A stretch of DNA of 31,015 bases, taken from contig JBMSQQ010000038.1 of NCBI GenBank assembly GCA_049423385.1, positions 1 to 31,015 on the forward strand, read 5' to 3'. This document shows positions 1-7,919 of this stretch, in pieces. The position numbers were made by a program, and so were the translations under genes. The notes under the pieces are model-generated. The model saw only the letters and a list, made by a program, of their open reading frames with translations, did not search any database and had not been told where the DNA came from. Source of the DNA: Silvanigrellaceae bacterium. GTDB taxonomy: Bacteria; Bdellovibrionota_B; Oligoflexia; Silvanigrellales; Silvanigrellaceae. Every line of letters starts with the position of its first letter. Position 1 is the stretch's first letter.

Positions 1-1
1 G

Positions 2-73
2 GGCAATGAACTTCTGGATGACGTGACAATGCTTGCGTTCCAGTGGATGGGGCCGCAAACAGCCAACGCCTGA
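2..73 (+). CDS. 3' end of a probable PP2C/SpoIIE-family Ser/Thr phosphatase (partial, runs off the left edge)
   Basis: Frame from position 2 reads GNELLDDVTMLAFQWMGPQTANA*. DDxT followed by a hydrophobic strand is the typical C-terminal motif of SpoIIE/RsbU-type PP2C domains. Only 23 codons are visible. Confidence 0.6.
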   Translation, partial: GNELLDDVTMLAFQWMGPQTANA

Positions 74-85
74 AAGAACTTCTTC

Positions 86-340
86 TTATTCGTCGATAAT
101 CTGCAGAATGTAGCGTTTGTTGAGCTTTGCAGCTCCGCAATTGAGGATTGTGCGGATTGCATCTGCTGTGCGGCCATTGCGGCCAATCACCTTGCCCACA
201 TCTTCCTTGGCAACCTTGAGCTCAATCACATTGGTTTGGTTACCTGCAATTTCGTTGATCTCGACCCGCTCGGAGTTGTCCACCAAAGATTTTGCGATGT
301 AATCAATGAGCTCCTTCATGCTTCCCACGCTCGCTTCCAT
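86..340 (-). CDS. khpA: KH-domain RNA-binding protein KhpA (YlqC/UPF0109)
   Basis: MKELIDYIAKSLVD...ELKVAKEDVGKVIGRNGRTADAIRTIL matches the family pattern with an intact GxxG loop. ATG at 340 is preceded by SD-like GAGGTGG. Confidence 0.92.
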   Translation of the reverse strand: MEASVGSMKELIDYIAKSLVDNSERVEINEIAGNQTNVIELKVAKEDVGKVIGRNGRTADAIRTILNCGAAKLNKRYILQIIDE

Positions 341-491
341 CAAGTACCACCTCATAAACATTCAATTCAATATTCAACCAGAACAACACCGTGAAGCTGG
401 AGCAAACCTTCGTCGGCTCCCTAGACAGTAGGTTTTCGCCCAAAAACAGGCAAGGATACTTGGGCTCAACTTCGGAGAATAAGACCCTGCT

Positions 492-504
492 GAACTCATT
501 GATT
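492..504 (-). promoter_or_regulatory. Possible IHF-binding site in the divergent khpA / reductase-like intergenic region
   Basis: Reverse complement AATCAATGAGTTC matches the IHF consensus WATCAANNNNTTR except at the last base. It overlaps a TGAT-N5-ATCA inverted repeat (500-512). Confidence 0.3.
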
Positions 505-616
505 TAATATCAGGCACTTATCTCGCAGCGTCAGCCACTTGACATTACGAACCTCAAACACCTCGTGGTTTTGGCGATACACGCAGAAGAGAGACCTTAT
601 CCGCAAGGAGTCAAAC

Positions 617-2269
617 GTGGGCGACCAATTTGCACTCAAAAACAACCAGATTTTCGTGCTCGCAGAGGCCGCCGGCGGGGTCTACAACAGCGACCAATTG
701 CGCGTTCTTTGCGAAGTTGCAGACAACGAATCCGCCTTCCTGAAGATAACAGAGGATCAGCGCATCGGATTCATGGTTGATCCCAACAAGCTTGGCGACA
801 TCCAATCCCATGTCCGCAAAAGTGGACTTCTGCTGCGCTCGTACAAATCATCCGGCGTGCCTTCCCCGCGCGCTTGCCTCGGTGAATTGTGCACTTTTGC
901 CCATCAACCTTCGCTGGGCGACGCGCTCGAGCTGGCAACCCATCTTCTCAAGTCTTTTCCTGCGCCGAAGCGATTCTCGACCATTGGCGTCAATGGCTGT
1001 CAGCGTGCATGTCTCGGTTCATCAACAGAAGACATCCACATTGTCGCTGAAGAATCGGGTTACAAGATCTCGATTGGTGGCAAGGGCTCGGATATTGCCC
1101 AACAGGCTCAACTGATACTCGACAACATCCCACGTACGGACCTGCCGGTCGTGGTGGAAAAGATACTTGCCGTGTTTTATCAGGAAAGTCAGGAAAACGA
1201 GAGAATCATCGATGTGATCGATCGCATTGGACTGACACCTTTTTTCGATGCTTTGCCTGAGCACCTGGTCGCCAACATTCATCATGCGCCTGTATCGGCC
1301 GCGGAAGATGAAGCTCACACCGCCGATAGCATCGTCGCAGAGGAAATTGCCGCCGTGGGTCAAACGCTGCCGGAAGGCATAACTGATTCCGCCGGCAACG
1401 ATGAAATCACTGCCGAACCAGCCGCCCTCGCCGACTCGCTCGACGCTTTGCTGGATGTTGATGAAAGCAATGACCTGCTCGTTTCGAATTCCCTCGTCGA
1501 TGGTGTTGCGAACGAAATGCCCACGGAAAACAAGCTCGACTCTGTTGACCTGCTGGGCGATGAACCCATCGTCGACATTCAGGCAAGCGAAGCAGCAAGT
1601 GACGATCAAACAGATGTTCTTGCCGGCGATCTGCTTGAAGTCGCAGAGAGTGACCTCGAAGAGGGTTCAACGGAAGATGTGGAACGCGTTCGGGACGCGA
1701 TCCGCACGGAACTTTCGATGTCCACCACGAGCGAGCAGAGTCTTCAGCCACGCACAGATGACCTTCTGGGTGGACTGGACGTGCTGGCCGACATTGATGT
1801 CAACGACGATCTGGCAAGTTCGCAAAACGCAGACTTTGATAGCCCGGAAGAGCAAAACAATCTCGGTGACGAGTTTGATGATGGAATCATCCCCAACGAC
1901 GCTTTCGATCAAGTTGATTCCGACACCGCTGCCAGCATTGAACATCGTGGTCCACGCAACAACACGCCTGCAAGCGCTGCGAAAACTCCGGCCACAAAGA
2001 AGAAACCCTGGAGCGCTCCGGCAGGCGCGAGCCCCATGGGCGGCCGACTTGGAATTCGCTTCGTGGGTGATCAATTGAGTGTCGAACTTCCCTCCGGACT
2101 CAGTTTTGAATTGCCGATCGAGAGTGTCAGCGAAGATGCCGAACTTGCAATGTCGCTGCCAGATGGAGACTTGCGCATCCAGCGCAACGGTCATGTGCTC
2201 GCGGTCAGCCTCGGAATGCTGAATTTGAAAATTCCATTTCCTCAGGCGGACGATTTCAAGGTTGCTTGA
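617..2269 (+). CDS. Nitrite/sulfite reductase-like protein (ferredoxin-like half domain plus 4Fe-4S/siroheme domain) with a long acidic C-terminal extension
   Basis: The N-terminus has GG..SDQLRVLCEVA...LKITEDQRI (NIR_SIR_ferr-like), then CLGELC and NGCQRAC..DI (four Cys ligands), IGGKG, and ERIIDVIDRIG. An Asp/Glu-rich stretch of about 220 aa follows. Start moved to GTG 617, after SD AAGGAG. Confidence 0.8.
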   Translation: MGDQFALKNNQIFVLAEAAGGVYNSDQLRVLCEVADNESAFLKITEDQRIGFMVDPNKLGDIQSHVRKSGLLLRSYKSSGVPSPRACLGELCTFAHQPSLGDALELATHLLKSFPAPKRFSTIGVNGCQRACLGSSTEDIHIVAEESGYKISIGGKGSDIAQQAQLILDNIPRTDLPVVVEKILAVFYQESQENERIIDVIDRIGLTPFFDALPEHLVANIHHAPVSAAEDEAHTADSIVAEEIAAVGQTLPEGITDSAGNDEITAEPAALADSLDALLDVDESNDLLVSNSLVDGVANEMPTENKLDSVDLLGDEPIVDIQASEAASDDQTDVLAGDLLEVAESDLEEGSTEDVERVRDAIRTELSMSTTSEQSLQPRTDDLLGGLDVLADIDVNDDLASSQNADFDSPEEQNNLGDEFDDGIIPNDAFDQVDSDTAASIEHRGPRNNTPASAAKTPATKKKPWSAPAGASPMGGRLGIRFVGDQLSVELPSGLSFELPIESVSEDAELAMSLPDGDLRIQRNGHVLAVSLGMLNLKIPFPQADDFKVA

Positions 2270-2282
2270 CGGAAAAGAGCCC

Positions 2283-3434
2283 TCACGCACTGCTGGGCAA
2301 TTGAATCTCAGCCTCGATAAACTTCCTCAGGACACGATGGTTCAGTGCACGCTCCAAGGCAAACTGACGCCCCGGTTTTGTCTTGATTTTCGCACGCAGG
2401 ACGACTTTGGAATCCTTGATCGACTCCACACCCAATATTTCCGGAGTGGAGAGAATGTCCTGTGCGTATTCCTTTGCAATTTGCTGAATCTGCTCTGTAA
2501 GAAGATCGAGGGCGCGATCCAGTTGTGTGCCATAGAGAATGGACACGCGGAAATCGATTTGAGAGAAGCCCGATGTCGAATTTTCTATCCGCTTAATTTC
2601 CCCGTTGGGAACAACGAGCAATGTGCCGTCCGACAAACGCAGCCGAGTGCACCTCAAAGTCAGCGATTCAACCGTACCAGTGCGTGAGTCAATGGTGACC
2701 ACGTCTCCGACGGCGAACTGATCTTCAAACAAGATAAAAAAACCAGACAATACATCCCGAATAAGAGACTGTGCACCAAAACCCACTGCAACCGAGGCCA
2801 CACCGGCTGTGGCAAGCAAAGGCGCAACGCTTACACCCACCATCTGCAAAACGACCATGAGACAAAAAATCACAACGGCAATGTTGATGATGTTGGCAGA
2901 GGTTGAGAGCAAGGTTTCAGTGCGCATCCTGATGCGGGGATTCAATGCTCGAAGATTGGCAGAATGGCTGCCTTGAATCAAACCGCGTATACCGCCCTGC
3001 AGAAATCTGGCAACCCAAATCCCCGTCAGAACCACAAACACGATGCGCAACAAGATATCTGCGCCCTGCTTGACCCAAAGACTCAATTTTTGAATATCGT
3101 CTGCAATGGTTGCAGGAATGGAACCGGACTTCTGCAACGCAAATTTTTCAGCCGCTTGCAAAAGACCATAGGAAACAAAATTCAAAAGCCCAAGGCCAGC
3201 CAAGGTCCAGGCCAAAGATTGGATTGACTTCTTGATGGGTTCGCCGAAACGAATCCAAAATGGCTCAATACGCTGTTCGCCATCACCAGACTCGGCGCGT
3301 TCGGTTTCAATCTCGCGGCGCGCCAGTTCCATTTTTCGATCGACGAGCGCATTCAAAAAAACAGAAACGGTGAGGGCCACAATTCCCAGCCCCAACAAAC
3401 TCAGAAAAGGCACAGCGGCTGAATCCAACACCAC
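2283..3434 (-). CDS. mscS: Small-conductance mechanosensitive channel (MscS family, YbiO/YkuT-like)
   Basis: PLLATAGVASVAVGFGAQSLIRDVLSGFFILFEDQFAVGDVV...GTVE...R.T.LR..DG...VPNGEI signature, with extra N-terminal TM helices. Confidence 0.93.
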   Translation of the reverse strand: MVLDSAAVPFLSLLGLGIVALTVSVFLNALVDRKMELARREIETERAESGDGEQRIEPFWIRFGEPIKKSIQSLAWTLAGLGLLNFVSYGLLQAAEKFALQKSGSIPATIADDIQKLSLWVKQGADILLRIVFVVLTGIWVARFLQGGIRGLIQGSHSANLRALNPRIRMRTETLLSTSANIINIAVVIFCLMVVLQMVGVSVAPLLATAGVASVAVGFGAQSLIRDVLSGFFILFEDQFAVGDVVTIDSRTGTVESLTLRCTRLRLSDGTLLVVPNGEIKRIENSTSGFSQIDFRVSILYGTQLDRALDLLTEQIQQIAKEYAQDILSTPEILGVESIKDSKVVLRAKIKTKPGRQFALERALNHRVLRKFIEAEIQLPSSA

Positions 3435-3462
3435 AGCTCATCCCTTCCATCGGCTCTGGAAT

Positions 3463-4137
3463 TCAAACACCTGATTCCGCGGAAGGCGTCGCACCCTCCT
3501 GCACTTTCGCCGCACGAACATTCCGATACCACTTGATGATGATGGGCAGCACCGAAACAATTACAATTCCAATCACGATATAATGGATATATTGATCAAT
3601 GCCGGGAACGCTTTGGGCCAAAAAATACCCTGCAAAAATCAAGGACCAAATCCACACAAATGCACCAACCACGTTGTATGCAACGAAACTTCTGTATTGC
3701 ATTCCTGCAACACCGGCGACGGTTGGAGCAAAGGTGCGGACGATGGGGATGAAACGTGCAAGAATAATCGTCTTTCCCCCGTGTTTTTCGTAGAATTGCC
3801 GGGTTTGTTCGAGATGAGACCTTTTGAACAACATGGAATTCGGGCGGTCATACAACCTGGGGCCGAGTTTACGACCAATCCAGTATCCCGTGGCATCACC
3901 AAGAATGGCAGCAACTGTCAGGGTCCAGACCATCGGCCAAACGCCAATGTGTCCCGCTGCTGCAAAAAGTCCGGCGGAAAAAAGAAGCGAATCACCCGGG
4001 AGAAAAAAACCGATCAGGAGACCAGTTTCAGCAAAGATGATGATGGCAAGACCAACAAGGCCAACACTGGCAATCAGTGTTTCCGGTTGCTTCAAAAACG
4101 ACAAAAGCATTTGCAGAAAGCCGCTGATAACGTCCAT
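3463..4137 (-). CDS. dedA: DedA/VTT-family membrane protein
   Basis: IIFAETGLLIGFFLPGDSLLF, AAILGD..GYWIGR and FYEKHGGKTIILARFIPIVRTFAP motifs. Start taken at MDVISG (4137); the ORF extends to 4212. Confidence 0.93.
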   Translation of the reverse strand: MDVISGFLQMLLSFLKQPETLIASVGLVGLAIIIFAETGLLIGFFLPGDSLLFSAGLFAAAGHIGVWPMVWTLTVAAILGDATGYWIGRKLGPRLYDRPNSMLFKRSHLEQTRQFYEKHGGKTIILARFIPIVRTFAPTVAGVAGMQYRSFVAYNVVGAFVWIWSLIFAGYFLAQSVPGIDQYIHYIVIGIVIVSVLPIIIKWYRNVRAAKVQEGATPSAESGV

Positions 4138-4230
4138 TTGAATCGCAAGCCCCTCGAATGAAGACATGAAAAACCAGGCAAATCCCGATGACACATTCAA
4201 TTGTTGAAACAATCTATCGAGCGGGCAGGA

Positions 4231-5421
4231 TTAGAGCAAGAATCCCAAATTCACTCCATAGGAGCTGTAAACTTCAGCAATATTCCCTGGCGTTTCGCCA
4301 TCCGGGAAAAGCGCGCCACCACTGAAACTTTCGAGGGAAATGTCCAGTCCCAGCTGAACCTTTGAAAAAAGGTAGTTCACGTTTGCTTCCAAAATAAACA
4401 ACCCGGGCTGCGAAATGTTCGAAGAAACTTTGGGACTGCCCGGCTTTGAATCCGCAAATCGATTGTCGATGCGGTACGATGCACCAAATACCGTACCAAC
4501 CGAAAGCCGGGCGCGAAAATTGTCGACGGGTTGAAATTGCAAACCACCCAGAGCGTAGGGGCCCGACAGGTCCAAGTCCCGCAAGGGAGAAATTTCAATC
4601 GAGTTGACCTCGCCTTCAGGCGTGCTGATCAGCTTTGTCAGTGTGCTCGTGAATCTGTGGGAGTAAAAACCACTCCTTCCGTCCAAAAAGAGTCTGCCCT
4701 TCCAAAGCGGAAACCTGAGCAGAGCACCACCCCTGAACATCATTCGATTCACGCCCAATCCAAGCACCACTTCCTGAGACGACTCAGGCGATGGAGCCGT
4801 CACCCTGACTTCTCCCATCGAAGACAAATAGTGCAAGACCCCCTCCAAGCCAAGCACCGTCTTGAAATCCAAACCATTTCCTGAAGACGCATTTTTGGAG
4901 GAACCAAACATCAATGGGTACGACTCAAGGGACGCATTGATTGAAGCAAGCACGAGGGGATAGTTCTCGATCACCGGGGCTCTCGAAATCCCCTTCAACG
5001 TGGACGTGACGAATGAAGGTCCTGCAGCCAGTAAAGTTCGCAACGGTGGTGGAGGCCCTTTTTTGGATGCATTGCCCGTTGCTTGACCTTGTGCCATGGG
5101 CCGTGAGCCAACCCGGCCACCCAAGGACGCGCCGCAATTTGAAGTGGGTTCGACGATTCTTCCCGTGGCACGGACACCGTCGTTTTTGAGAATCCTGCCC
5201 CGCCCGACAATCAGCGATGAACTTCCACGACGATACACGGGCACAACATCACCGACGTCTGCATCGACCCCACCCTGGATGAGCACTTTGCAATTTGACT
5301 CTTTTACAACTTTGCCACGTGCAGCCATGGCCTGAAACGACTGACAAAAAAACAAAAAGGCCGCGGCTGTAGAGGTTAGAAACCTTCGCCTCCCACGCAG
5401 ATTGCAATGGGGAACAATCAT
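4231..5421 (-). CDS. Hypothetical exported protein: Tat-like signal, FlgT-C-like N-domain, Pro linker, probable outer-membrane beta-barrel
   Basis: ATG at 5421 overlaps the upstream TGA (TGATG). GRRRFL...AMA signal, amphipathic beta-strands in the C-terminal two thirds, ending YSSYGVNLGFLL. Confidence 0.65.
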   Translation of the reverse strand: MIVPHCNLRGRRRFLTSTAAAFLFFCQSFQAMAARGKVVKESNCKVLIQGGVDADVGDVVPVYRRGSSSLIVGRGRILKNDGVRATGRIVEPTSNCGASLGGRVGSRPMAQGQATGNASKKGPPPPLRTLLAAGPSFVTSTLKGISRAPVIENYPLVLASINASLESYPLMFGSSKNASSGNGLDFKTVLGLEGVLHYLSSMGEVRVTAPSPESSQEVVLGLGVNRMMFRGGALLRFPLWKGRLFLDGRSGFYSHRFTSTLTKLISTPEGEVNSIEISPLRDLDLSGPYALGGLQFQPVDNFRARLSVGTVFGASYRIDNRFADSKPGSPKVSSNISQPGLFILEANVNYLFSKVQLGLDISLESFSGGALFPDGETPGNIAEVYSSYGVNLGFLL

Positions 5422-7154
5422 CACTCTGCAGCACCCAGCTTCCAACTCAGGCCAAGCATCCATTCGGTCCACTTGTCGCCATCATTGATAAATCGCCACT
5501 GAACGCCCAACTCCTTCGGAGCGGGAGCACCTGGGTGCACATCCACTCCGGCCTCGAAAGCAAACGCACCGGCCAACAACCCAGTCATCGATTGCTTGTA
5601 CTCAATCCCGAGCCCCCATCCACCATCGAGAACTCTTTCGGTGGCAAGGACCCCAAAAAGTTCAAACGCATCGAGTGTTTTTTTACTCTTGTCGGTTTTG
5701 ACAGTACCCGTGCTGTATTGACCCTCGACTCCCCAATTGATTGGAAAGTCAGGAATCTGCAATGAACTTGAAGGCGCCAGACCTGATCCCTTGAACGAGA
5801 AGCGACTTCCGTTCAAATTACCTTCAAACATTGCGTATTCTGCACCATAACGAATATTCCACTCGCTGGCGTAACGGAAACCATCCTGAAGTGAAAATGT
5901 ATTGAGCAAATAGCCCGGCAGCTCGGATGACACAGGTCCCTTGCTCAAATCCAAAGTGCCGCTCGAAGAACCGGCTGAAAATCTCATGGTCGCAAGAAAT
6001 GCGCCCGAGTCTTTTCTGACCGAAGGAAGTGAAAATCCATCTCCTCCCGACATTGCAACTGTCGCGGGGGGACGAGACAAGCCTGAAACTTCCGCCGACG
6101 TCCTGGTTCGTTCCGACTGCGTTTGCGAACCTGAAGACGTTGACGGCTGTGGATTCTGGACAGCAGGTTCGCGAGGCACAAAACCTGCACGTGTCGAGTC
6201 GGCCCTTGCGTTGGCGGATTCCTGAGGTCGCCACCCAGCCAATCCCGCTGTGGCGGCAGGCGCATTTCCATCCCGCCAGACGAGGAGCTGAAATTTTCGA
6301 TCGGTTCCTGAGCCGTAGGAAGATTCTGCTTGCCGGATCAGGTCGGGGTCAAGCGCCACTTTTCTGCACAACGATGCTCCCTGTTTGGCATCAACAACTT
6401 CAAGCTCGTAGAGCGGAAAACGTTGGTATCGCAAAATTTCTCCGGTTTGCGGATGAGCTGCAGTCTGGACCACCAGCCCTGCCCGAAGACGTTGACCGTT
6501 GACCAATCCACGCTCCACTCCAAAATCGATTCCCAGCAATTCTTCACTCTCGAACACGACGCGGCCATCATGACCGATCGTCTCGGAAAGACGCCCGATC
6601 GTCTGTGCCAATGCGTTCGCGATGTCATCCCAATCGGCGCCGTAGGGCAGAAGAATATCCTCTCGTGCAACCGTCGGTTTCAATTGCGGGCCGGTCAGTC
6701 CGAGGCGCACCGCCGTGTGATCGGCAGTAAAATAAATTTCTGCGCTCAACCAACCATCCAGATCATATTCGTTCACAAGTTGTGCTCGCTGAAAGGAGGA
6801 CAATTCTCCCGCGGAAGCCGCTCTTCCAGCAACGTTCTCTGAAGGAATCGCATCCAGTGTCCAGAACCGTCCGGAAGCATCTGCAACGGCCTTCAGCGTG
6901 CCATTGAACTTTTGGGCCAAATCATCATTCGACAATGGTTGCGCCAGAATGCCGCGGAGTGTTGTTTGGTCCGCAAGCCTGCGGCGTGCATCCTGTGTGT
7001 TGTGAACGACAGGCACCAAGCCAAGCCGCCGGATGGGCTGCATTGCGGGTCGCTTTTCAAAACGGGATTTCTCGGAAAACGCAGCTGCCATCCCGGAGAT
7101 CGAAACAGAAGATATGGATGCCACAAGACACAGCAACGTCAGGCTGGATTTCAT
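5421..7154 (-). CDS. Hypothetical exported protein: CsgG/TolB-N-like domain, FlgT-C-like domain, linker, probable beta-barrel
   Basis: Strong SD GGAGGAG before ATG 7154. Sec signal MKSSLTLLCLVA...AAA, then SGRFWTLD, GRVV...IDFG..RGL..GQ and HPQTGEIL. S/Q/P-rich linker, alternating strands ending WMLGLSWKL. Confidence 0.7.
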   Translation of the reverse strand: MKSSLTLLCLVASISSVSISGMAAAFSEKSRFEKRPAMQPIRRLGLVPVVHNTQDARRRLADQTTLRGILAQPLSNDDLAQKFNGTLKAVADASGRFWTLDAIPSENVAGRAASAGELSSFQRAQLVNEYDLDGWLSAEIYFTADHTAVRLGLTGPQLKPTVAREDILLPYGADWDDIANALAQTIGRLSETIGHDGRVVFESEELLGIDFGVERGLVNGQRLRAGLVVQTAAHPQTGEILRYQRFPLYELEVVDAKQGASLCRKVALDPDLIRQAESSYGSGTDRKFQLLVWRDGNAPAATAGLAGWRPQESANARADSTRAGFVPREPAVQNPQPSTSSGSQTQSERTRTSAEVSGLSRPPATVAMSGGDGFSLPSVRKDSGAFLATMRFSAGSSSGTLDLSKGPVSSELPGYLLNTFSLQDGFRYASEWNIRYGAEYAMFEGNLNGSRFSFKGSGLAPSSSLQIPDFPINWGVEGQYSTGTVKTDKSKKTLDAFELFGVLATERVLDGGWGLGIEYKQSMTGLLAGAFAFEAGVDVHPGAPAPKELGVQWRFINDGDKWTEWMLGLSWKLGAAE

Positions 7155-7248
7155 ATGGGCAGCTCCTCCCGAAAAGCACAGTTCATAAAAAAATAACATT
7201 GAACCCCATCAATTCGCCATTTTGACGACCTGACGCAAAATTGGCAGA

Positions 7249-7911
7249 TTGAATCATCAGCGAGAGGGACAAGGGTTGAAACTCAAAACACCAGCCATAC
7301 GAATATTGCTGCTGATGCTATCCCCGTTTATCGTGTTGGTAATAATAACTAATTTTGTTATCATTTTTAAATTACCAATCTTCACGCAAATCCCGACAAC
7401 AACATCCTCGCCCAACACAAACTCCCGCCCGACACTCATTGTCCTTGGAGCCGGCGTCCGGAAAAAAGAGCTCTCAGGCATGCTCAGATGCAGAATGGCC
7501 AAGGCACTTGAGCTCTATGCCGAGCATCAGGCTGATCGCGTGTTGCTCTCGGGAGACGGCACCGACATTCACTACAATGAAACGGTTGCAATGCGAAAAT
7601 ATGCGCTTCAGAACGGCATCGTTGCAGACTCACTTCTCACCGACCCGCTCGGCTTTTCAACCTACGATTCATTGCGTCGGGCCATCGAGGTTTTCGGTGT
7701 CCGCAAGGCTGTGATTGTCAGCCAGGGGTTTCACCTGGGACGTGCCCTCTGGATTGCTGCAAGTTTTGGAATCGATGCCCGAGCCGAATCGTGTGACGAC
7801 TCCAACTCCTCGCTATTTTATGACCTGAGGGAAATCCCGGCCAGAACAAAAGACGTGCTGCTGAGATGGCTTGACTTCGCCCCCCGCAGCAATCGTGAAG
7901 AAATTTTTTGA
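7249..7911 (+). CDS. sanA: SanA/YdcF (DUF218) envelope protein
   Basis: N-terminal TM helix, then IVLGAG, LLSGD..D.HYNE...M, D..GFSTYDS..RA..VFG, IVSQGFHLGRAL and REIPAR.K. The start could be TTG 7276. Confidence 0.88.
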   Translation: MNHQREGQGLKLKTPAIRILLLMLSPFIVLVIITNFVIIFKLPIFTQIPTTTSSPNTNSRPTLIVLGAGVRKKELSGMLRCRMAKALELYAEHQADRVLLSGDGTDIHYNETVAMRKYALQNGIVADSLLTDPLGFSTYDSLRRAIEVFGVRKAVIVSQGFHLGRALWIAASFGIDARAESCDDSNSSLFYDLREIPARTKDVLLRWLDFAPRSNREEIF

Positions 7912-7919
7912 GTGCGCAA

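Noticed and set aside
499..513. FNR box upstream of the reductase-like gene
   Set aside because: TTGAT-N5-ATCAG has the wrong spacing (FNR needs N4) and an imperfect right half.
539..570. Sigma70 promoter from the perfect TTGACA at 539-544
   Set aside because: There is no credible -10 hexamer at 16-18 bp spacing.
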